64,000 bases of DNA from Blastocatellia bacterium (GTDB lineage: Bacteria; Acidobacteriota; Blastocatellia; UBA7656): the NCBI GenBank assembly GCA_963765495.1, contig CAVXWP010000010.1, positions 64,001 through 128,000 of the forward strand, written 5' to 3'. The notes under the pieces are model-generated. The model worked only from the letters and a program-made list of their open reading frames with translations. It was not told the origin of the DNA and searched no databases. The translations under genes and the position numbers were made by a program. This document shows positions 51,614 through 60,573 of this stretch, in pieces; within the stretch, counting starts at the first letter, position 1; the number at the start of each line of letters is the position of its first letter.

Positions 51614-53014
51614 TTGGGATCGGAAGAGATCAAAGAAGAGACCAGAGAAAAAGAGCGTCAGGAGCTGGCTCGCCCGCCGGTCGTAAGGGGCAGCCATACA
51701 TTCCTGTCGGTCACCGATAAGATCAGTTCTATAGTCCTTGCGCGCAAGACCTCGATAGGCTGGTTTATCGGTTTCGGCGTCTCTTTTCTCTGGCTTATGG
51801 TCCTGCTCTACACAATCGCGCGGCTGATCTTTGTAGGCATAGGCATCTGGGGCGTGAACATTCCCGTGGCCTGGGGGTTTGCCATCACGAACTTCGTCTG
51901 GTGGATAGGGATAGGCCACGCCGGTACTCTCATATCGGCCATCCTTCTCCTGCTGCATCAGGAATGGAGGACTTCGATAAATCGCTTTGCGGAAGCGATG
52001 ACGCTGTTCGCCGTCGCCTGCGCCGGTCTGTTCCCGCTGCTTCACCTGGGGCGGCCCTGGTTCTTTTACTGGCTGCTACCCTACCCGAACACGATGTGGC
52101 TATGGCCGCAGTTTCGCAGCCCGCTTGTCTGGGATGTCTTCGCCGTATTCACTTACGCTACCGTTTCGCTGATCTTCTGGTATATAGGAATGATTCCCGA
52201 CCTCGCGACCTTGCGCGACCGGGCCGAGAGGCGCTGGACATGGAGAGTCTACGGCTTTCTGTCGATGGGCTGGCGCGGGGCGTCGAATCACTGGCACAAC
52301 TATGAAAAGGTCTATCTGTTGCTTGCGGGGCTTGCTACGCCGCTTGTAGTCTCCGTCCATACGGTTGTGAGCTTCGACTTTGCCGTAGCCGTTGTGCCGG
52401 GCTGGCACTCGACGATCTTCCCGCCGTACTTCGTAGCGGGCGCCATCTATTCCGGCTTCGCGATGGTGCTGACGCTTGCCATACCTCTTCGCTTCACCTT
52501 CAAGCTCGAAGATTTCGTCACGCATCGCCATCTGGAAAACATGGCCAAGATACTGCTGGCTACGGGAATGATAGTTCTCTATAGCTATCTCTCCGAATGG
52601 TTCTTTGCTTATTACAGCGGGAACATCTACGAGCGATACATCGAGATCAACAGAATGACGGGCGGGTATGCTGCGATGTACTGGGTCTTGCTTCTCTGCA
52701 ATCTGGGGACGCCGCAACTGCTCTGGTTCAAGCGCGCAAGGCAGAACGTGCTGTTGCTTTTTGCCGTCTCGATACTGATCAACATAGGGATGTGGATCGA
52801 GCGATACATCATCGTGGTAACAAGCCTGCATCACGATTTCCTGCCGTCATCGTGGGGGCGATACGCCGGAACATTCTGGGATTGGACGGCGCTGATCGGC
52901 TCTTTCGGGCTGTTTCTGTCGCTCTTCTTTCTCTTCATAAGATTCCTGCCGATGATCTCGATAGCCGAGATGCGCGAACTGCTGCCGCAGGCGAAGGTAA
53001 AGGAGGCGGAGTGA
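51614..53014 (+). CDS. actC: Alternative complex III NrfD-family quinol-binding membrane subunit
   Basis: NFVWWIGIGHAGTLISAIL, HLGRPW, SPLVWDVFAV, WHSTIFPPYFVAGA. Confidence 0.94.
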   Translation: MGSEEIKEETREKERQELARPPVVRGSHTFLSVTDKISSIVLARKTSIGWFIGFGVSFLWLMVLLYTIARLIFVGIGIWGVNIPVAWGFAITNFVWWIGIGHAGTLISAILLLLHQEWRTSINRFAEAMTLFAVACAGLFPLLHLGRPWFFYWLLPYPNTMWLWPQFRSPLVWDVFAVFTYATVSLIFWYIGMIPDLATLRDRAERRWTWRVYGFLSMGWRGASNHWHNYEKVYLLLAGLATPLVVSVHTVVSFDFAVAVVPGWHSTIFPPYFVAGAIYSGFAMVLTLAIPLRFTFKLEDFVTHRHLENMAKILLATGMIVLYSYLSEWFFAYYSGNIYERYIEINRMTGGYAAMYWVLLLCNLGTPQLLWFKRARQNVLLLFAVSILINIGMWIERYIIVVTSLHHDFLPSSWGRYAGTFWDWTALIGSFGLFLSLFFLFIRFLPMISIAEMRELLPQAKVKEAE

Positions 53015-53087
53015 TGCGCTCGACTTTCAAGCAGGTCACAGGTCAAAGACAATTTGCAAGCCTGCTTGAATCACACATCACGAATCA
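53011..53087. repeat. Family A element inside the act operon
   Basis: GTGATGCG...TTCAAGCAGG...CCTGCTTGAATCACACATCACGAATCA; its reverse complement resembles the 28235 copy; overlaps the actC stop. Confidence 0.75.
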
Positions 53088-53098
53088 GAGGTTGAGAT

Positions 53099-53638
53099 AT
53101 GAAGAAATGGTCTTCCGTTTACGGGATACTCGCAGAATTTGAAGATCCACAGACGCTGTTCGATGCAACAAAGCGGGCGCATGAAGAGGGCTACAGACGG
53201 ATGGAAGCTTATACGCCGTTTTCAATTGAAGAGGTGTCGAAGTTGATAAGAGGCAAGCGGTCGTGGATACCGCTTATAGTTCTGATAGGCGGCATCATAG
53301 GCGGGCTTGGCGGATTCCTGATGCAATATTACGCGGCAACGATCAGCTATCCAATAAATATAGGAGGCCGCCCGCTCAATAGCTGGCCTTCGTTCATCCC
53401 CATCACGTTCGAATTGACCGTGCTTATCGGGTCGCTTTCGGGCGCGCTCGGGATGCTTGCTCTAAACGGATTGCCACAACCTTATCACCCGCTGTTCACC
53501 GTAGAACGTTTCTCGTGCGCGACGCAGGATCGTTTCTTTCTGTGCATACAGGCGGAAGACCCGAAGTTCGATCAGGTCGAAACGCGTGAGTTTCTTGAGA
53601 GCCTGAACCCGCGCGAGGTCATTGATGTTATTGATTAG
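53099..53638 (+). CDS. actD: Alternative complex III subunit D (DUF3341)
   Basis: YGILAEFE, EAYTPF, YPINIGGRPLNSWPSFIPITFELTVL. Confidence 0.92.
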   Translation: MKKWSSVYGILAEFEDPQTLFDATKRAHEEGYRRMEAYTPFSIEEVSKLIRGKRSWIPLIVLIGGIIGGLGGFLMQYYAATISYPINIGGRPLNSWPSFIPITFELTVLIGSLSGALGMLALNGLPQPYHPLFTVERFSCATQDRFFLCIQAEDPKFDQVETREFLESLNPREVIDVID

Positions 53639-54245
53639 GAGAAAAAGAGTATCGCCTGTGATCCGCATCCTTTGCGCCGTCGTTAGTCTGGCGTTTCTAT
53701 CGGCCTGCGCCCAACAGATGGGAGCGCAGCCGAGTTACCGCCCCCTTGAATCAAGCTCTCTTTTTGAAGACGGAAAGGTGGCGCGACATCCTCCACACGG
53801 AACCGTTCCGCGCGCGTATGCGAGAGAGAACCCCTTTCTTCGCTCAGGCGATGCGCGAAGGTTTCAAGAACCTGTCGAAACGAAGACCTTTCCACTCGCC
53901 GTCACTATGGAGATGCTTGCGCGCGGGCGCGAACGATTCAACATCTATTGCTCGGTCTGCCACGGCGAGACGGGCTACGGCGACGGAATGATCGTGCAGA
54001 GAGGGTTCAGCCCGCCACCATCCTTGCACTCTGAAAGGTTGCGCTCGGCTCCACTCAAACATTTCTACGATGTGATCACAAACGGATTTGGCAGCATGCC
54101 GAGCTACGCAGTGCAGATCAACAGGGATGACAGATGGGCTGTCATCGCTTATATCCGCGCGCTGCAACTGAGCCAGAATGCCGGGATTGATGATGTGCCT
54201 GAAGACAAAAGGCAACAGCTTGAAGAGGGAGGAGGTCAACGGTGA
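53622..54245 (+). CDS. actE: Alternative complex III monoheme cytochrome c lipoprotein
   Basis: Lipobox LSAC, RGRERFNIYCSVCHG, MPSYA, RWAVIAYIRALQ. Confidence 0.92.
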   Translation: MMLLIRRKRVSPVIRILCAVVSLAFLSACAQQMGAQPSYRPLESSSLFEDGKVARHPPHGTVPRAYARENPFLRSGDARRFQEPVETKTFPLAVTMEMLARGRERFNIYCSVCHGETGYGDGMIVQRGFSPPPSLHSERLRSAPLKHFYDVITNGFGSMPSYAVQINRDDRWAVIAYIRALQLSQNAGIDDVPEDKRQQLEEGGGQR

Positions 54246-55420
54246 GCGAATATGCCGACAAGACGCCTCGCGACCTCGCCCGGTTTCAAATACCGTTGCT
54301 CGCGGTAGGCATATTCGGGTTGATACTCTGCCTCATCGGGGCGATCTTCAGCCCCGCGCAATTCTTCCGCTCTTATCTGCTCGGCTACATGTTCTGGGCG
54401 GGGCTTGCTCTTGGTTCTCTCGGCATCCTGATGATGCAACATCTGACGGGCGGTGCGTGGGGTCTCATCATCAGACGCGCTCTCGAATCCGCAACCACTA
54501 CGATTCCGCTGATGGTGATCTTGTTTGTGCCGCTTCTTTTCGGACTGCGCAGTCTTTACATATGGACACAGCCCGAGGTCATGGCATCTGACCCACTTCT
54601 CGAAAATAAGAGCGGGTATCTCAACATCCCTTTCTTTCTCGGACGGGCCGCCATCTATTTCGCGGTGTGGGTGGTCACGGCCTACCTGTTGAATCGCTGG
54701 TCGCTCGAACAGGACGAGACGGGCGAGCCGAGATTTGCGCTCTTGATGCAACGGCTGAGCGGGCCGGGGCTGTTCGTTCTTGCCGTGACCCTCTCGCTTG
54801 CCTTGATCGACTGGATAATGTCGCTTGAGCCTCGCTGGTATTCGACCATTTATGCCCTGATCTTTATCGCCGGAGAGGGGCTTGCGGCCTTCGCCTTTTC
54901 GATAGGCGTGGTGATTCTGCTCGCAGACCGTGAGCCGTTTGCGCGAGTTATCAAAGAGAAGCATTTGAACGATCTGGGCAATCTGATGCTGGCTTTCGTG
55001 ATGCTGTGGGCTTATTGCTCTTTCGCGCAGTTCCTCCTGATATGGACGGGCAACCTGCGCGAAGAAGTAGGCTGGTATCTGCCCCGCATAGGCGGCGGAT
55101 GGAAATATGTGGCAGCGGCGCTGATCCTGTTTCACTTCTTTCTGCCCTTTTACATGCTGTTGTCGCGCAAGATAAAACGCGATACGCGAAAGCTTGCGAT
55201 AGTCGTAGTGGTGATAATCCTGATGCGATTCGTTGACCTTGTATGGCTTATCGAGCCCGCATTTTATCCGCAAAACCTCAGCCTGCACTGGATGGATTTT
55301 ATAGCGACGATAGGAATCGGAGGCATCTGGCTTGCCGTCTTTCTGCGGCAACTGAATGGAAGACCCCTGTTGCCACTAAACGATCCCTACGCGGAGAAGG
55401 CATTCGAAGATGAGCAGTGA
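54242..55420 (+). CDS. actF: Alternative complex III membrane subunit F
   Basis: QHLTGGAWG, DWIMSLEPRWYSTIY, DLGNLMLAFVMLWAY; operon position. Confidence 0.9.
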   Translation: MSEYADKTPRDLARFQIPLLAVGIFGLILCLIGAIFSPAQFFRSYLLGYMFWAGLALGSLGILMMQHLTGGAWGLIIRRALESATTTIPLMVILFVPLLFGLRSLYIWTQPEVMASDPLLENKSGYLNIPFFLGRAAIYFAVWVVTAYLLNRWSLEQDETGEPRFALLMQRLSGPGLFVLAVTLSLALIDWIMSLEPRWYSTIYALIFIAGEGLAAFAFSIGVVILLADREPFARVIKEKHLNDLGNLMLAFVMLWAYCSFAQFLLIWTGNLREEVGWYLPRIGGGWKYVAAALILFHFFLPFYMLLSRKIKRDTRKLAIVVVVIILMRFVDLVWLIEPAFYPQNLSLHWMDFIATIGIGGIWLAVFLRQLNGRPLLPLNDPYAEKAFEDEQ

Positions 55421-55901
55421 TGAAAATCCAGATCGCGAGGAAAAACATTTGCCGGAAGAACATCCGTCAGAAGAAGTCCTCGCCGTAAAGCACCTTGATG
55501 TCCGGTACGAAAAGAGCGATGTCAACACTCAGGTCATCGTGCGCACAGCCGCAGGAGCTATCATAGCGGCGGTCATCATCACCGTGGGAATCTGGGCACT
55601 CTATGAAACGTTCAGCAGGCACGAGAACCCTGCATACAATCCCCCGTTTTCAGAGCACAGAGGCGGGCCGTCACCGCTGCCCGTACCGCCCGCAGAGTTT
55701 CCCGAGCCCCGATTGCAGACCCGCCCCGTCGAAGACCTGCGGACTTTGCGCAGCCGTGACCGCCTCATACTCGACAACTACGGCTGGGTGGATCGCAACG
55801 CAGGGACCGTGAGGATTCCCATAGAACAGGCGATGAAGATCGTGGCTGAAAAAGGGCTATCGGATACGCCTGAATCAAAACCGGAGGTGAAGAAAAAATG
55901 A
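55410..55901 (+). CDS. actG: Alternative complex III small single-TM subunit (ActG-like)
   Basis: YEKSDV, one TM, PEPRLQ, YGWVDRNAGTVRIPIEQAM; position between actF and sco. Confidence 0.72.
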   Translation: MSSDENPDREEKHLPEEHPSEEVLAVKHLDVRYEKSDVNTQVIVRTAAGAIIAAVIITVGIWALYETFSRHENPAYNPPFSEHRGGPSPLPVPPAEFPEPRLQTRPVEDLRTLRSRDRLILDNYGWVDRNAGTVRIPIEQAMKIVAEKGLSDTPESKPEVKKK

Positions 55902-56725
55902 AGAGATTCTGTCTGACAGCGGCTCTCGTTGTCTTAATCATTTTTGCCCGATCGGCACGTGCCGAAGATTCGTCTTCGCAGTCCGCCGTGCCGGGAGACA
56001 TCCGCATCGAGCAACACTTGAACGAACAGGTTCCGCTCGATCTGGAGTTCGTTGACGAATCGGGGAACAGGGTCAGGCTTGGCCAGTACTTCAAGGGTCG
56101 CCCGGTCATACTGACGCTTGTCTATTATCAATGTCCTATGCTGTGCAATGTAGTCTTGACCGGGTTGACAAACAGCCTATCCGATCTTCGATTCGATATA
56201 GGGAAAGAGTTTGATGTCATTACGGTGAGTTTTGATTCACGCGAGACTCCGGCGATGGCGGCCGAAAAGAAAGCTACATTCGTGAGGCATTATGTGCGAG
56301 CGGGGGCACGCGAGGGCTGGCATTTTCTGACCGGCGAAGGGGCTTCTATAAAACGGCTCGCGGACGCAGTAGGGTTCAAGTATCGATACGATTCGGCTAC
56401 GGGTCAATTCGCGCACGCGGCAGGCATCATGATCCTGACTCCGCAGGGAAAGCTTTCCCGCTACTTTTACGGCATAGAGTACCCGGCAAGAGACCTGCGC
56501 CTCGGGCTGGTCGAGGCCTCGGCGAACAAGATCGGATCGCCCGTAGACCAGTTATTGCTGCTCTGCTTTCACTACGATCCGACGACGGGGAAATACACCG
56601 CGATTGCGGTGAACTCCATGCGGGCAGGCGGAGTGGTAACGCTCGCGGCTCTCGCGGCCTTTGTGCTTGTGATGCTGCGTAAAGATTGGAACCGGAAGCC
56701 AAAGAATCCTTTGAGAGTTGAATGA
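55898..56725 (+). CDS. SCO-family copper chaperone
   Basis: YYQCPMLC (CxxxC), FAHAAG His ligand, C-terminal TM. Confidence 0.92.
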   Translation: MKRFCLTAALVVLIIFARSARAEDSSSQSAVPGDIRIEQHLNEQVPLDLEFVDESGNRVRLGQYFKGRPVILTLVYYQCPMLCNVVLTGLTNSLSDLRFDIGKEFDVITVSFDSRETPAMAAEKKATFVRHYVRAGAREGWHFLTGEGASIKRLADAVGFKYRYDSATGQFAHAAGIMILTPQGKLSRYFYGIEYPARDLRLGLVEASANKIGSPVDQLLLLCFHYDPTTGKYTAIAVNSMRAGGVVTLAALAAFVLVMLRKDWNRKPKNPLRVE

Positions 56726-57791
56726 TGCTGGCAAAAGGGGACCGGCTCGAAGGGGTCAATTTGTAATTATGTTGTTGCTCATCCCATTCTTTCCCGATGA
56801 GGCTTCCAGGGCGGCGGGGAATATCGACGCCCTGTTCTTCTTCCTGCTTGCGGTCTGCGGCACGGTGGCAATCGGGGTCATTCTTCTCATAATCTACTTC
56901 TGCATCAAATATCGCCGTCGCTCCGAAGATCAGCAGGCCCGCCAGATTCGCGGCAACAACCTTCTCGAAATCGTCTGGACGGTGATCCCTTTCCTCATCT
57001 TCACAGGGATATTCTTCTGGGGCGCGAAGCTCTATTTCGCGCTCGAACGCCCGCCCGCCAATGCACAGGAAGTCTACGTGATAGGCAAACAGTGGATGTG
57101 GAAATTCGAGCACCCCGGCGGCCAGCGGGAGATCAACCAACTTCACGTGCCTCTTGGTCGCCCCATCAAATTAATGATGGTGTCGCAGGATGTCATCCAC
57201 AGTTTCTTCGTACCCGACTTTCGGCTCCACAAAGACCTGCTGCCGGGCCGGTACACAATCACGTGGTTCGAGGCGACAAAGACCGGCAGATACAACCTCT
57301 TCTGCTCTCAGTATTGCGGCACAAACCATTCACAGATGGTGGGCGAAGTGATAGTGATGGAGCCGGGCGATTTTAAGAAATGGCTGAATGAAGGGCCGGA
57401 CGGATCGCTCGCCTCCGAGGGGCAAAAACTCTTTCGCAAGCTCGCCTGTGATACCTGTCACAGAGGCGATTCCGAATCTCGCGGCCCCGTGCTCGAAGGC
57501 CTCTTTGGCAGACAGGTCATAGTCCAAAATCAGGGAATGGTTCTCGCAGACGAGAATTACATACGCGAATCTATACTCGACCCGACCGCGAAAGTTGTGG
57601 CCGGGTTTCAGCCGATAATGCCCACGTTTAAGAATCAGGTTGATGAAGAACAACTATCTCTTCTGGTCGCCTACATCAAATCGCTTGCGAGCGGACGCGA
57701 GCAGATCCCGCCCGTCTCTTCACCCACGGGGCCGCAGCCCGCCCCCGTAGGTCCAGTCGTGAACCCGGAAGAAGGCAAGGAGCAACGATAA
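56718..57791 (+). CDS. coxB: Cytochrome c oxidase subunit II with fused C-terminal cytochrome c (caa3)
   Basis: [29 protein letters not shown] CuA site, CDTCH heme motif; alternative start 56769. Confidence 0.95.
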   Translation: MNDAGKRGPARRGQFVIMLLLIPFFPDEASRAAGNIDALFFFLLAVCGTVAIGVILLIIYFCIKYRRRSEDQQARQIRGNNLLEIVWTVIPFLIFTGIFFWGAKLYFALERPPANAQEVYVIGKQWMWKFEHPGGQREINQLHVPLGRPIKLMMVSQDVIHSFFVPDFRLHKDLLPGRYTITWFEATKTGRYNLFCSQYCGTNHSQMVGEVIVMEPGDFKKWLNEGPDGSLASEGQKLFRKLACDTCHRGDSESRGPVLEGLFGRQVIVQNQGMVLADENYIRESILDPTAKVVAGFQPIMPTFKNQVDEEQLSLLVAYIKSLASGREQIPPVSSPTGPQPAPVGPVVNPEEGKEQR

Positions 57792-57802
57792 GGGAAAAGA
57801 TA

Positions 57803-59443
57803 ATGAGCACGGCAGTCGTCGAAAAAACCAGAAAGCATTATCTGAATGAAAGCTACGGCATAAGGTCGTGGCTCTTTACAACGGACCACAAGCGAATAGC
57901 TCTGCTCTACATGGTGTCGCTTACGCTGATGTTTTTCGTAGGAGGAGTCTTTGCGGTCCTTATGCGGTTGGAGTTGATGACGCCCGAAGGCGATCTGGTC
58001 ACATCCGGCACATACAATAAATTCTTCACCCTTCACGGTGTGATAATGGTCTGGTTTTTTCTGATTCCTTCGATACCGGCGGTGCTCGGAAATTTCCTCG
58101 TGCCGCTCATGATCGGAGCCAAAGACCTGGCCTTTCCGCGCATCAACCTGTTGAGCTGGTACATATACATTCTGGGAGCCGTCTTTACCTTCTGGGTAGT
58201 CCTGAGCGGTGGCATCGACACGGGATGGACCTTCTACACGCCCTTCAGCACCACATCATCAAACACGCACGTAGTCTCGACCACGCTCGGCATATTCATA
58301 GTAGGGTTCTCATCCATACTGACGGGGCTGAATTTCATAGTGACAATCCACCGCATGCGCGCCCCGGGGCTCACGTGGTTTCGCCTGCCGCTCTTTGTCT
58401 GGTCGATCTACGCGACAAGCATCATTTTGGTGCTTGCGACCCCCGTGCTCGGCGTCACGCTCTTGCTTGTGATGGTCGAGCGAATCTTTCACGTAGGCAT
58501 ATTCGATCCGGCGCTGGGAGGCGATTCGCTGCTTTATCAACACTTCTTCTGGTTCTATTCCCACCCGGCCGTATACATCATGATACTGCCGGGGATGGGC
58601 GTTGTGAGCGAGCTTATAACCTGTTTTTCGAGGAAGCGAATCTTCGGATACAAGTTCATAGCCTTTGCGACTCTGGGGATAGCCTTTCTTGGATTTCTGG
58701 TCTGGGGCCATCACATGTTCGTAGCAGGCATGTCCGTATATGCCGCGATGACCTTCTCTTTTCTGAGCTATCTGGTGGCGGTCCCTTCCGCAATCAAAGT
58801 CTTCAACTGGACCGCTACGCTCTACAAGGGCTCGATCTCTTTTCAAACTCCGATGCTTTACGCGCTCGGCTTTATAGGGCTGTTCACTATAGGCGGGCTC
58901 ACGGGATTATTTCTGGCGGCGCTCGGGCTCGACGTGCACGTGCACGACACCTACTTCATCATCGCGCATTTCCACTACATCATGGTAGGCGGGATGGTGA
59001 TGGCATATTTTGGCGGCCTGCATTACTGGTGGCCGAAGATAAGCGGCAAGCTCTACCCTGAATGGTGGGCAAAGCTTGCTGCTCTGATTGTCTTCGTAGG
59101 TTTCAATCTGACCTTCTTCCCGCAATTCATTCTGGGTTATCTGGGGATGCCCCGGCGTTATCACATATATCCACCCGAATTTCAGACGCTCAATGTGATG
59201 TCGTCGGCGGGCGCTTCGATTCTTGGGCTGGGTTATCTGTTGCCGCTCGTTTATCTCTTCTGGTCCATGAGGTACGGGCGCGACGCGGGGCCTAACCCGT
59301 GGGGAGCTACGGGGCTTGAATGGCAGACGCCGTCGCCGCCGCCGAAAGAGAATTTCGATGAGACGCCCGAAGTGACCGAGCCGCCTTACAACTATCCCGC
59401 TCAGCCATACAAGACCGGAATAGAGGAGGCCGAAGTTGCCTGA
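57803..59443 (+). CDS. coxA: Cytochrome c oxidase subunit I, A2-type
   Basis: [19 protein letters not shown] (YS signature of A2), VWGHHMF, AHFHY, GMPRRY. Confidence 0.97.
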   Translation: MSTAVVEKTRKHYLNESYGIRSWLFTTDHKRIALLYMVSLTLMFFVGGVFAVLMRLELMTPEGDLVTSGTYNKFFTLHGVIMVWFFLIPSIPAVLGNFLVPLMIGAKDLAFPRINLLSWYIYILGAVFTFWVVLSGGIDTGWTFYTPFSTTSSNTHVVSTTLGIFIVGFSSILTGLNFIVTIHRMRAPGLTWFRLPLFVWSIYATSIILVLATPVLGVTLLLVMVERIFHVGIFDPALGGDSLLYQHFFWFYSHPAVYIMILPGMGVVSELITCFSRKRIFGYKFIAFATLGIAFLGFLVWGHHMFVAGMSVYAAMTFSFLSYLVAVPSAIKVFNWTATLYKGSISFQTPMLYALGFIGLFTIGGLTGLFLAALGLDVHVHDTYFIIAHFHYIMVGGMVMAYFGGLHYWWPKISGKLYPEWWAKLAALIVFVGFNLTFFPQFILGYLGMPRRYHIYPPEFQTLNVMSSAGASILGLGYLLPLVYLFWSMRYGRDAGPNPWGATGLEWQTPSPPPKENFDETPEVTEPPYNYPAQPYKTGIEEAEVA

Positions 59444-60080
59444 GACCACTCAATCGCTTGTAGTGCAGTTCCGCGACATGGAGCAACAGCGGGAAGCCTC
59501 TACCATTGGGATGTGGGTCTTCCTGATGACGGAGTTGTTGCTGTTCGGCGTGCTCTTTACCGCCTACGCCGTTTATCGCCATCTCTACACGGCAGCATTC
59601 TTTGAGGGAAGCCATCACATGGAGGTAGGCGTAGGCACTCTCAACACGGCGATTCTGATTTCGAGCAGCTTCGCCGTTGCGATGGCGGTCTATGGCTCCG
59701 AGGTAGGCGGGCGCAAACGAGTGCTTGTGGGATTGAGTCTGACGATATTGCTCGGCGCGGTCTTTCTCGCGCTCAAGTTCCTGGAATACTATCATCACTA
59801 TGAAGACCATCTGGTTCCCGGGATAGATTTTCATTACGAAGGCGCGCTGGCCCCTTACGTTCAAATCTATTTCTTTCTCTATTTCACGATGACCGGGCTG
59901 CACGCGCTCCATATGACGGTAGGTCTCGGGCTTGTGACATACATTCTGATTCAGGCAAAGAGGCGCGTCTATTCGCCCGTCTATTACACGCCGGTCGAGG
60001 TAGTCGGCCTCTACTGGCATTTCGTAGACATAGTCTGGATATTTCTTTATCCATTGCTCTACCTGATAGACCCGCGCTGA
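59436..60080 (+). CDS. coxC: Cytochrome c oxidase subunit III
   Basis: [36 protein letters not shown]. Confidence 0.95.
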   Translation: MPETTQSLVVQFRDMEQQREASTIGMWVFLMTELLLFGVLFTAYAVYRHLYTAAFFEGSHHMEVGVGTLNTAILISSSFAVAMAVYGSEVGGRKRVLVGLSLTILLGAVFLALKFLEYYHHYEDHLVPGIDFHYEGALAPYVQIYFFLYFTMTGLHALHMTVGLGLVTYILIQAKRRVYSPVYYTPVEVVGLYWHFVDIVWIFLYPLLYLIDPR

Positions 60081-60099
60081 CGAAAGCGAGGCAGATCTT

Positions 60100-60381
60100 A
60101 TGGCGGAAAAAAAGATAGGGCAGAAAACATACGCTCTGGTTTATGTGGGGTTGCTCATTCTGACTCTGACCACGTGGGGAGTCGCTTATCTCAAAATGGG
60201 ACCGTTCAATCTTCTGGCAGCCGTAGCCATAGCAATTGCTAAAGCGTCGGTTGTAGTGCTCTACTTTATGCACGTGCGACACAGCATCCGCCTGACGCGC
60301 ATCATTATCGGGGCGGGGCTGTTCTGGCTCGGAATACTCTTCTGGCTCACAATGAGCGATTACCTGACGCGCAGTCTGTAA
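60100..60381 (+). CDS. coxD: caa3-type oxidase subunit IV
   Basis: Three TM helices, AKASVVVLYFMHVR, SDYLTR. Confidence 0.9.
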   Translation: MAEKKIGQKTYALVYVGLLILTLTTWGVAYLKMGPFNLLAAVAIAIAKASVVVLYFMHVRHSIRLTRIIIGAGLFWLGILFWLTMSDYLTRSL

Positions 60382-60478
60382 ACTGTCCCAATATTGAATC
60401 GGCATGTCCCTTATTTGTAGCTGATACCCTTGATTTCTAATCTTTACGGCCCGGCATAAGGATTGCCCCGAATATTTT

Positions 60479-60553
60479 TGACAGGATTAACAGGATTTCA
60501 AAAGATTGAGAAAGAATCTTGTTGAATCTTTCAAAATCCTGTTAATTCTGTCT
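60479..60553. repeat. 75-bp palindromic element, family B
   Basis: TGACAGGATTAACAGGATT...AATCCTGTTAATTCTGTC; internal AAGA.T.AGAA.GAATCTTG shared with the 10948 copy. Confidence 0.85.
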
Positions 60554-60573
60554 ATCTAATCCTGGGGGATTCC

